50,475 nt of DNA, taken from Planctomycetota bacterium (lineage in GTDB: Bacteria; Planctomycetota; PLA2). The position numbers and the translations under genes are program-made. The stretch spans positions 1 to 50,475 of the forward strand of contig JBCDBY010000001.1 in NCBI GenBank assembly GCA_039182715.1, written 5' to 3'. Of the stretch, positions 8,584-15,321 are shown piece by piece; the first letter of the stretch is position 1; every line of letters begins with the position of its first letter. The notes beneath the pieces are model-generated. The model made no database searches. It was not told the DNA's origin and saw only the letters and a list, made by a program, of their open reading frames with translations.

Positions 8584-8687
8584 CATCGGGTCCGACGGCG
8601 CGAGCCCGGCGCCCCGGCCAGGGCCCTCCTTTCGCGGGAACGGACGCAAAGATCGAACGTGGATCCATCTCGCGCGTTGACGCAGGG

Positions 8688-11144
8688 ATGCGCACCACCG
8701 GAATCGTCCTCTCACTCGTCCTGATGGCCGGCGTCGCGGTCGGGCAGAATCGCGAGCAAAGACGCAATCTGCGGGCGGGCGGGGGCAGCCAGAAGACCGA
8801 GACCTCGAAGCTCGGCGGCATCACGTGGCTGGCGAAACAGCAGCGCCCCGACGGAGGATGGGCGGCGGAAGCGGAGTCCGCCCCCGGCCCGACGGGGCTG
8901 GTGCTGCTCGCCTACCTCGGAGCCGGGTACACCGACCGCGGCAAACAACCCCACGCACGCGCGGTCCGGAATGGGCTGCGCTACCTGCTTCAGCGCCAGA
9001 GCCAGGAGGGCCGCATCGGCGCGACCACGGTGAGAGAGCACGCCATCGCAACGCTGGCCCTCGCCGAGACGTACTGGATGACGCGCAACCCGCGGCTCAA
9101 GCAGCCGGTCCTGCGCGCGATCCGCTGGCTCGAGGGAACGCGCAAACGCGGCGGGGCCTGGAGCGACGACGAAACGACGGCCTGGTCGGTCATGGCGTGG
9201 AAGTCGGCGAAGTACGCCGGCCTGCCCGTCGACCCGACGGTCGCCGCGGCGGTGATGGCGAACTGGAACGCGCGGGCGCTGACCTCGAAGCGCGCGCCGC
9301 TGGAAGTCATCACGCGAGTGCTTCTCGGGAGCGACCCCGCCACGGACGCCCGGATCCGCGCCGCGGCGGATCTCTGCCTGCAGTCTCTTCCGAACCCGAA
9401 GGCCGTCGATCGAATCCACTGGCACTTCGCCACGCTCGGACTGTTCCAGGTCGGAGGGCGGCACTGGAAGGCGTGGAACTCCGCCATGAAGGAGGCGATC
9501 CTGGGGACGCAGGATCGCGAGGGTTGGTGGCAGGCCGTCGGCAAGCCCGAGGAGACCTACGGCAAGGTCGGCGAGACGGCGCTGATGACGCTTTGTCTCC
9601 AGGTGTACTACCGCTACGACCGGGTCTTCGGTCTCAGCGGGGGCGCGGGGGGCGGCGCACGAGGCGCCCGGGGAGGTCGCGTGATGCGGGTGGTCCTGCG
9701 CAGTCGCCGTTCGAGCAACTCGGAGTCGTATGACCGCATCGACGAAAACCCGTTCCGCGCGGTCGCCGACCACGACACCTCGACCTTCTCCGTCGACGTC
9801 GACACGGCGTCGTACGCGAACGTCCGCCGGCACCTCCTCAAGGAGTTCACGCTCCCGCCCAAGGATGCGGTGCGCGTCGAGGAGTTGATCAACTACTTCC
9901 CGTACGCGTACGAGGGGCCGGCGACCGACTCGAAGCACCCGTTCCGGGCGAAGGTCACCGTGACCGATTGCCCGTGGAAGCGCGAGCACCGGCTGGCGCG
10001 CATCGCCGTGCAGGCGCGCCCGATGGATCTCGGCCAGCGCCCCGCCACGAATCTCACGTTCCTGCTCGACGTGTCCGGATCCATGAGCTCCGCCGACAAG
10101 CTGCCGCTACTCCAGCGCGCGATGGCGCTGCTGGTGAACACGCTCTCCCGCCGCGACCGCGTGTCCGTGGTCGTGTACGCGGGCGCGGCGGGGCTTGTCC
10201 TGCCCCCGACCTCGTGCGAGGAGAAAGAGGTGATCCTCGAGGCGATCGGTCGCCTGCAAGCGGGCGGATCCACGGCGGGCGGCGAAGGCATCGAGCTCGC
10301 GTATCGCGTCGCGGCCGGGAGCTTCATCGAGAACGGCATCAACCGCGTGGTTCTCTGCACCGACGGCGACTTCAACGTCGGCATCACCGATCGCGGCTCG
10401 CTCACGCGCCTGATCGAACAGAAGGCGAAGAGCGGCGTGTTCCTGAGTGTGCTCGGTTTCGGTCGCGGCAACCTGAAGGACGCCCGGATGAAGGACCTGG
10501 CGAAGCGGGGGAACGGCAACTACGCCTACATCGACTCCATCTCCGAAGCGCGCAAGGTGCTGGTGAAGGAGATGAACGGGACGCTCGCGACGGTGGCCAA
10601 GGACGTCAAGATCCAGGTCTTCTTCAACCCGGCGAAGGTCGCCGGCTACCGACTCATCGGATACGAGAACCGCCTGCTCGCGAAAGAGGACTTCGACGAC
10701 GACAAGAAGGACGCCGGCGAGATCGGCGCGGGACACGCGGTCACCGCGCTCTACGAGATCGTGCCCGCCGGAACGCCCGTGCCGGACCGGAAGCGCAACG
10801 AGGAAAACCCGTTCATCGCGCGCGTCGTGCCGGCGGAGAAGAGCGAAGCGATGTTCCGGCTGCGCCTGCGCTACAAGCCGCCCGCCGGAGGCGCGTCGGT
10901 GCTGCTGGAGCAGGACGTGAAGGACACCGATGCGGCGTTCGACAAGGCGGATCCCGACCTGCGATGGGCGGCGGCGGTGTCGCAATTCGGCATGCTGCTC
11001 ACCGGTTCGAAGCACAAGGGCAACGCGACGTGGGACGCGCTGATCGAACTCGCCGAGTCGGCGAAGGGCGAGGATCCCCACGGCTACCGCGCGGGATTCA
11101 TCAAGATGGCGAAGGCGGCGAAGCGGCTTTCCGCGGTCCAGTAG
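8688..11144 (+). CDS. Secreted fusion protein: prenyltransferase/squalene-oxidase-like alpha/alpha-toroid repeats + YfbK-type vWA domain + DUF3520-like C-terminus
   Basis: Signal peptide MRTTGIVLSLVLMAGVAVG. Toroid-repeat motifs WLAKQQRPDGGW, RQSQEGRIG and RKRGGAWSD. Then YDRIDENPF...FSVDVDTASYANVRRHL...VRVEELINYFPY and MIDAS FLLDVSGSMSS, as in E. coli YfbK-like proteins. Confidence 0.8.
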   Translation: MRTTGIVLSLVLMAGVAVGQNREQRRNLRAGGGSQKTETSKLGGITWLAKQQRPDGGWAAEAESAPGPTGLVLLAYLGAGYTDRGKQPHARAVRNGLRYLLQRQSQEGRIGATTVREHAIATLALAETYWMTRNPRLKQPVLRAIRWLEGTRKRGGAWSDDETTAWSVMAWKSAKYAGLPVDPTVAAAVMANWNARALTSKRAPLEVITRVLLGSDPATDARIRAAADLCLQSLPNPKAVDRIHWHFATLGLFQVGGRHWKAWNSAMKEAILGTQDREGWWQAVGKPEETYGKVGETALMTLCLQVYYRYDRVFGLSGGAGGGARGARGGRVMRVVLRSRRSSNSESYDRIDENPFRAVADHDTSTFSVDVDTASYANVRRHLLKEFTLPPKDAVRVEELINYFPYAYEGPATDSKHPFRAKVTVTDCPWKREHRLARIAVQARPMDLGQRPATNLTFLLDVSGSMSSADKLPLLQRAMALLVNTLSRRDRVSVVVYAGAAGLVLPPTSCEEKEVILEAIGRLQAGGSTAGGEGIELAYRVAAGSFIENGINRVVLCTDGDFNVGITDRGSLTRLIEQKAKSGVFLSVLGFGRGNLKDARMKDLAKRGNGNYAYIDSISEARKVLVKEMNGTLATVAKDVKIQVFFNPAKVAGYRLIGYENRLLAKEDFDDDKKDAGEIGAGHAVTALYEIVPAGTPVPDRKRNEENPFIARVVPAEKSEAMFRLRLRYKPPAGGASVLLEQDVKDTDAAFDKADPDLRWAAAVSQFGMLLTGSKHKGNATWDALIELAESAKGEDPHGYRAGFIKMAKAAKRLSAVQ

Positions 11145-11315
11145 GGCCTGTCTGAGAAAACGCCTGGCTTCGACGGGCTGCGGCTGCGCGTCGCTTCGCC
11201 CCGCCTTCATTGCGGTATCGACTGGGATACAGCGGCGTCGGCGGCGCTCGCGACGCTTGCAGAGTTCACTCTGGGCACCGTCTCGGGCCGACGGCGTTTT
11301 CTCAGACAGGCCCTA
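11142..11315. repeat. 174-bp extended imperfect palindrome with 23-bp perfect terminal inverted repeats (extragenic palindromic / MITE-like element, copy A)
   Basis: TAGGGCCTGTCTGAGAAAACGCC (11142-11164, starting on the vWA gene stop codon) is the exact reverse complement of GGCGTTTTCTCAGACAGGCCCTA (11293-11315). The interior pairs imperfectly and has a central GTATC-GACTGG-GATAC hairpin. Two interior blocks recur at 32906-32925 and 33079-33103. Confidence 0.8.
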
Positions 11316-11407
11316 GCCGGGCGACACGCTGGAACGGACGAAGTCGTCATCTCGGCCTCGACCCTCCTCCTCGCCGGCAAAATTCCCCGAAACTGCTGGC
11401 ATTTCCT

Positions 11408-11429
11408 AAATTTCAGAATATACTGAAAT
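11408..11429. promoter_or_regulatory. AT-rich palindromic operator candidate overlapping a -10-like TATACT, upstream of the GbsR/MarR-like regulator
   Basis: AAATTTCAGAATATACTGAAAT has 7-bp arms ATTTCAG / CTGAAAT and a 6-bp spacer, in an otherwise GC-rich genome. TATACT (11419-11424) lies 7 nt before the GTG start at 11432. The 11-mer AAATTTCAGAA recurs exactly at 12003-12013. Confidence 0.55.
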
Positions 11430-11431
11430 AC

Positions 11432-11947
11432 GTGAAGCTAAGCCCGGCAGCTGAGAAGTTCATTCTCCACTGGGGCGACATGGGCCCGCGCTGGGGCGTG
11501 AGCCGATCCGTGGCGCAGGTCCACGCGCTGCTCTACCTCTCGCCCAAGCCGCTCACGGCGGACGAGATCGTCGACGCCCTCGGCATCGCCCGCTCGAACG
11601 TCAGCATGAGCCTCAAGGAGTTGTCCAGCTGGCGCATCATCCGCAGCGAGCGCGTGCTGGGCGACCGGCGCGACCACTTCTCCAGCCTGCACGACGTCTG
11701 GGAGATGTTCCGGATCGTCATGGACGAGCGGAAGAAGCGCGAGGTCGACCCGACGCTGGCGAGCCTGCGCGACTGCCTCGAACTCCGCGGCGACCCCGTC
11801 GAGAAGAAGCGCATCAAGGCGATGCTCTCCTTCTTCGAGACGATGTCCAACTGGTACCACCAGGTGCGCGGCATGCCGCTGGCCGCGGTGAAGAACTTTG
11901 CCCGCATGGGCTCGAAGATCCGCAGCCTGTTGGGGAAGGGAGCCTGA
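11432..11947 (+). CDS. GbsR/MarR-family winged-helix transcriptional regulator
   Basis: VKLSPAAEKFILHWGDMGPRWGVSRSVAQVHALLYLSPKPLTADEIVDALGIARSNVSMSLKELSSWRIIR is typical of COG1510/GbsR-type regulators. GTG at 11432 is in frame with track ORF 11210..11947. The upstream part of that ORF covers the palindromic element and is not coding-like. Confidence 0.75.
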   Translation: MKLSPAAEKFILHWGDMGPRWGVSRSVAQVHALLYLSPKPLTADEIVDALGIARSNVSMSLKELSSWRIIRSERVLGDRRDHFSSLHDVWEMFRIVMDERKKREVDPTLASLRDCLELRGDPVEKKRIKAMLSFFETMSNWYHQVRGMPLAAVKNFARMGSKIRSLLGKGA

Positions 11948-11950
11948 TCG

Positions 11951-12373
11951 ATGACCACGACGAAGACCGCATCCGCACGCCCGCAAATTTCAAGAATTCC
12001 TGAAATTTCAGAAGGATGCATTCTCTACGACGGTCGCTGCCCGCTCTGCCGAGGCGGCGCGCGGCGCCTCGGACGCATCGCGATGCGGCGGGGCTTCCGG
12101 CTCGTGCCGCTCCAGCGCCGCTGGGTGCGCGACGAGATCGCGCGCCGCGCCGACCCCGTCGCCGACGAGATGCTGCTGCTGCTGCCCGACGGCCGTCTGC
12201 TCGGCGGCGTCGATGCGTACATCTACCTCTCCTGGCGCGTCTGGTGGGCCATGCCGCTGGCGGTGCTCGCCTCGTTGCCCGGACTCTACTACCTGACCAG
12301 GAAGCTCTACGCCTGGATCGCGGCCAACCGCTTCCGCATCTGTGGAGAAGAGGGATGCCGGGTTGGTTCGTGA
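11951..12373 (+). CDS. DCC1-like thiol-disulfide oxidoreductase (DUF393)
   Basis: CILYDGRCPLCRGGARRL (the family's YDGxCxLC redox motif) and a C-terminal hydrophobic segment. The ATG lies 3 nt after the regulator's stop. The second operator-like site sits inside codons 12-21, so the true start is uncertain. Confidence 0.7.
   Translation: MTTTKTASARPQISRIPEISEGCILYDGRCPLCRGGARRLGRIAMRRGFRLVPLQRRWVRDEIARRADPVADEMLLLLPDGRLLGGVDAYIYLSWRVWWAMPLAVLASLPGLYYLTRKLYAWIAANRFRICGEEGCRVGS
11985..12013. promoter_or_regulatory. Second AT-rich operator candidate (near-perfect 24-bp palindrome plus repeat of the 11-mer)
   Basis: AAATTTCAAGAATTCCTGAAATTT (11985-12008) has 8-bp perfect arms AAATTTCA / TGAAATTT. 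The halves are complementary at 11 of 12 positions. The overlapping AAATTTCAGAA (12003-12013) is identical to 11408-11418. Confidence 0.5.
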
Positions 12374-13056
12374 TGTGGGCGATGGCGTTCGCCGCCATCG
12401 GACTCGGCAAGCTCGCCATGCTGCGCCTGCACGAGGGCACCTCGTGGGCGTGGCTGCTGGGATGGCCCGGCATGGACCCCGTGCGCTTCCATCGCGCGCC
12501 CGCGCTGAGGCCCGACATCCACGAGGCGAACGGCGCGTGGATGCGGGTGGCCGCCGGCGCGCTGCTCATCTGGGGCGTCGGGGGCCCTTGGGCCGGCCTG
12601 CTCGGCCTCGGCCTGCTGCTCCACTTCGGCATCGTGCACCTCCTGTCGATTCACTGGCGCCTGCGCGGCTACGACGCCCGTCCGCTCTTCGAAGGGGTCT
12701 TGTCGGCGCGCTCATTGGGCGAGTTCTGGGGGCGGCGCTGGAACCGCGCGTTCGCGGACTTCACCGGTCGCTGGATCTATCGGCCGCTGGCGCCGCGCAT
12801 CGGCGCGCGCGCCGCGGTGGTGACGGTCTTCCTCGCGTCCGGCGTCGGCCACGACCTGCTGCTCTCGGTACCCGCGCGCGGCGGCTACGGACTCTGCACG
12901 CTCTACTTCCTGATCCAGGCGGCGGGCGTGCTGATCGAGCGCCGCAGGCGCAGCCGCCTTCGTACGGCCTGCGTCGTCATCGCACCGCTACCCCTGCTCT
13001 TCCACACGCCCTTCATCGAAAACGTCCTCGTTCCGTTCCTGGAGGTGATCTCGTGA
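12355..13056 (+). CDS. MBOAT_2 / wax-synthase-like membrane-bound O-acyltransferase
   Basis: Polytopic protein with LGEFWGRRWNRAFADF and the conserved His in ASGVGHDLL. SD GGAG lies 7 nt upstream of ATG 12355. An alternative ATG at 12373 shares one base with the DCC stop. The track ORF start at 12016 is an Arg-rich off-frame extension. Confidence 0.7.
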   Translation: MPGWFVMWAMAFAAIGLGKLAMLRLHEGTSWAWLLGWPGMDPVRFHRAPALRPDIHEANGAWMRVAAGALLIWGVGGPWAGLLGLGLLLHFGIVHLLSIHWRLRGYDARPLFEGVLSARSLGEFWGRRWNRAFADFTGRWIYRPLAPRIGARAAVVTVFLASGVGHDLLLSVPARGGYGLCTLYFLIQAAGVLIERRRRSRLRTACVVIAPLPLLFHTPFIENVLVPFLEVIS

Positions 13057-13448
13057 GCCATCTGATCTTCGTCGCCGGGCTGTTGCACTTCGGCGTGCTC
13101 ATCGCGTCGGCGCTCATTCCGCAGGTGCTCGACTGGCGCCGTGACCTACAGCGCGTGCAACCGCTCACGCGCCGGCTGGTCTGGGTCTATGGCGGCTACA
13201 TCGTCGGCAACATCGTCTTCTTCGGCATCGTGGCGACGCTCCTGCCCGGCACGCTCGCCTCGGGCGAACCGCTCGCGCGCGCGCTGTGCGCCTTCATCGC
13301 CGTCTTCTGGACCGTCCGGCTGACGCTCCAGTACCGCGTCCTGTACGCGCGTGAGCTGGTGCGCGGGGTCGTGTTGACGACCGGCTACCACGGGCTCACC
13401 CTGGTCTTCGCGTTCTTCGCGTTCGTGTTCGGAAGGGCGGCCCTGTGA
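13053..13448 (+). CDS. Small 4-TM membrane protein, paralog 1
   Basis: VSHLIFVAGLLHFGVLIASALIPQVLDWRRDL...FWTVRLTLQYRVLY. Its GTG overlaps the MBOAT TGA (GTGA). It is the tail of track ORF 12342..13448. It is a paralog of the next gene. Confidence 0.6.
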   Translation: MSHLIFVAGLLHFGVLIASALIPQVLDWRRDLQRVQPLTRRLVWVYGGYIVGNIVFFGIVATLLPGTLASGEPLARALCAFIAVFWTVRLTLQYRVLYARELVRGVVLTTGYHGLTLVFAFFAFVFGRAAL

Positions 13449-13825
13449 GTCATCTCGTGAACGACCTGCTGTACTTTTTCGCCGTCGCGCAGATCGGCAT
13501 CGGATGCCTGATGTTCGCGCTGCCGCGCCTGCTGGACTGGCGTCCCGCGCTCGAGGCGATGCCCACGCTACTGCGCGAGGTCTACTACGTGCACGCCTTC
13601 TTCCTGTCGTTCACGCTCTGGATCTTCGGCGGGCTCACGCTCGCCTACGGCGATGCCATCGGCCCGCTGGGGATCGGCATCGGTCTCTTCTGGGCGGCGC
13701 GGGTGGTCGTCCAGCTCTTCTACTACGACTCCTCGCACTGGCGCGGCAAACGACGGGAGACGGTCATCCACTTCATCCTTCTCGGGCTCTACGGCGCCAT
13801 GAGCGTGACCTATCTGATGACCTGA
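13445..13825 (+). CDS. Small 4-TM membrane protein, paralog 2
   Basis: MSHLVNDLLYFFAVAQIGIGCLMFALPRLLDWRPAL...FWAARVVVQLFYYD. GTGA overlap with paralog 1. It shares the SHL, LDWR and FW..R...Q..Y landmarks in the same order. Confidence 0.6.
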   Translation: MSHLVNDLLYFFAVAQIGIGCLMFALPRLLDWRPALEAMPTLLREVYYVHAFFLSFTLWIFGGLTLAYGDAIGPLGIGIGLFWAARVVVQLFYYDSSHWRGKRRETVIHFILLGLYGAMSVTYLMT

Positions 13826-13912
13826 TGCCGGGCACCGTGGGTGCCTCTGCAACAGGTTTCGGCCGGAGGCCGCCCCGCCTCTTCGACGCGCCGCGCCCCA
13901 CGATGACGAACC

Positions 13913-14311
13913 TCACGCCGGGCGATCCGAGGCGCGACGATCCATGCACCAGCCGGTGGCGTATCCGATCAACGCAGCGAGGGGCATCGCCCCCGCCGCG
14001 AGGATCGGGAAGAAGGCCTCGCCCAGGTAGAAGCGGTAGCCGTGACCGGCGACCGGCACCGACGACCAGAGGGCGATCGCGAAGGTCGCCACGACCGCCG
14101 TCCAAAGCGATGCACGGGCGGGCCGCGACTTCGCGAACCGCTCCGCGATCGCGAGCACCGCGAACGGCGCCAGGAACCAGAGCCAGCCGACCACGAAGTC
14201 GCGCGGGCGGCTGGACATCCAGCGGCCCCAGTCCTCCATCCAGCGGCCGAACTCGCCCTGCACGGCGCGGGTCAGGAAGGGCGCCGAAACGCCGAGCAGC
14301 AGGATTCGCAT
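13913..14311 (-). CDS. Hypothetical integral membrane protein
   Basis: 132 aa with 3-4 hydrophobic helices (FVVGWLWFLAPFAVLAIA, LWTAVVATFAIALWSSV, FFPILAAGAMPLAALIGYATGW). Divergent from the LysR gene. No recognisable domain. Confidence 0.5.
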   Translation of the reverse strand: MRILLLGVSAPFLTRAVQGEFGRWMEDWGRWMSSRPRDFVVGWLWFLAPFAVLAIAERFAKSRPARASLWTAVVATFAIALWSSVPVAGHGYRFYLGEAFFPILAAGAMPLAALIGYATGWCMDRRASDRPA

Positions 14312-14433
14312 GACACCGGAAGCATCGCTCGCGGGACCGACCGGGCCAGGCGGAAGGTTCGATCCAATCGCAAACCCTGACTTATCGATCTTGGCGGCAT
14401 GGTTCGCGCCTGTTTGCGTAGAATGCGGCGGTC

Positions 14434-15321
14434 ATGATTCAGCTCAACCGGCTCGAGGGCTTCTACTGGGTGGCGAAGGAGGGCGGGTACGCCAAGGCGG
14501 CGCGCGCCTTCCCCTACCCCATCACGCAGCCCGCCGTGCACCAGCAGGTGAAGAAGCTGGAGGGGGAGGTCGGCGTGGCTCTCTTCGAGCGTGTCGGCAA
14601 GGACCGCATCGTGCTCACGCCGGCAGGCCGCGAGCTCTACGACTTCGTGGCGCCCTTCTACACCGGCATGCCGGGCGTGCTGCGCCGGCTGCAGTCCGGG
14701 GAGGAGGAGGGCGAGGTGCGCATCGAAAGCGCCCCGCTCTTCGTGCGCCACCTGCTGCCGAGCTGGCTGCGCAAACTGCAGCGCAAACATCCGGGCATCG
14801 AGGTCGAGCTCTCCGAGATCACCGACATGCGTTGTCCGCGCCTGGTCGCGGGCGAGACCGACCTCGTGGTCGGCTACATCCCCAAGATCCCGCCCGGCAT
14901 CGCCACCCAGCGGGTCGGCACGATTCACTCCTTCATCGTGCATCCGGCCAGCCATCGTCTGGCGAAACGAAAGCGGGTGACGATGAAGGACTTCGACGGC
15001 GAGACGTTTATCGGGTACGCGAAGGGATCGGTCATGCGCAAGCTGCAGGAGATCGAGCTCAAGCGCGCGGGCGTGACGCCCTCGAATTTCCTGACGACCG
15101 ACTCGGTGGACGTGATTCTGGGGTTCGTGGCGAGCGGCCTCGGGCTCTCGCTCGTCCCGTCGCTGAGCCCCGACGGCCCCAAGGTCTCCGGGCTGGTCGG
15201 GCGCGCCGTCGGAGGCAAGCGCAACCGGTATCCCGTCGTCGCCGCGTGGCGCAAGAGCGCCCACGAGAACCCCCTGGTGCACGCCGTCCTCTCCCTCGCA
15301 CCGGAAGCCGATGACGATTAG
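14434..15321 (+). CDS. LysR-family transcriptional regulator
   Basis: N-terminal HTH LNRLEGFYWVAKEGGYAKAARAFPYPITQPAVHQQVKKLEGEVGVALFER plus a LysR substrate-binding fold length. TAGAAT (14419-14424) lies 9 nt upstream of the ATG. Confidence 0.88.
   Translation: MIQLNRLEGFYWVAKEGGYAKAARAFPYPITQPAVHQQVKKLEGEVGVALFERVGKDRIVLTPAGRELYDFVAPFYTGMPGVLRRLQSGEEEGEVRIESAPLFVRHLLPSWLRKLQRKHPGIEVELSEITDMRCPRLVAGETDLVVGYIPKIPPGIATQRVGTIHSFIVHPASHRLAKRKRVTMKDFDGETFIGYAKGSVMRKLQEIELKRAGVTPSNFLTTDSVDVILGFVASGLGLSLVPSLSPDGPKVSGLVGRAVGGKRNRYPVVAAWRKSAHENPLVHAVLSLAPEADDD

Noticed and set aside
8550-8590. A stretch of about 33 nt (GGCGAGGGACATCGCCCCCGCCGCGTGGATCATCGGG) resembles 13975-14010 inside the membrane-protein gene 13913..14311. 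The minus-strand peptides AAGAMSLAAWMG and AAGAMPLAALIG also match, hinting at a pseudogene fragment.
   Set aside because: The similarity is short and low-complexity (Ala/Gly codons, GC-rich). It is not flanked by further homology, and the 8512..8715 minus-strand ORF otherwise has shadow-frame composition. It is most simply a GC hairpin that coincidentally resembles coding sequence.
11164-11183. CTGGCTTCGACGGGCTGCGG resembles the conserved 5' region of tmRNA (ssrA).
   Set aside because: There is no matching 3' half: no GGTTCGAATCC T-arm and no acceptor-closing strand or CCA. There is no tag reading frame, and the sequence is part of a symmetric palindrome repeated elsewhere. It is more parsimoniously a repeat element.
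13831-13845. GGCACC-GTG-GGTGCC hairpin after the last small membrane protein gene, as an intrinsic terminator.
   Set aside because: The stem is only 6 bp with a 3-nt loop and there is no U-tract. That is too weak to annotate as a feature.
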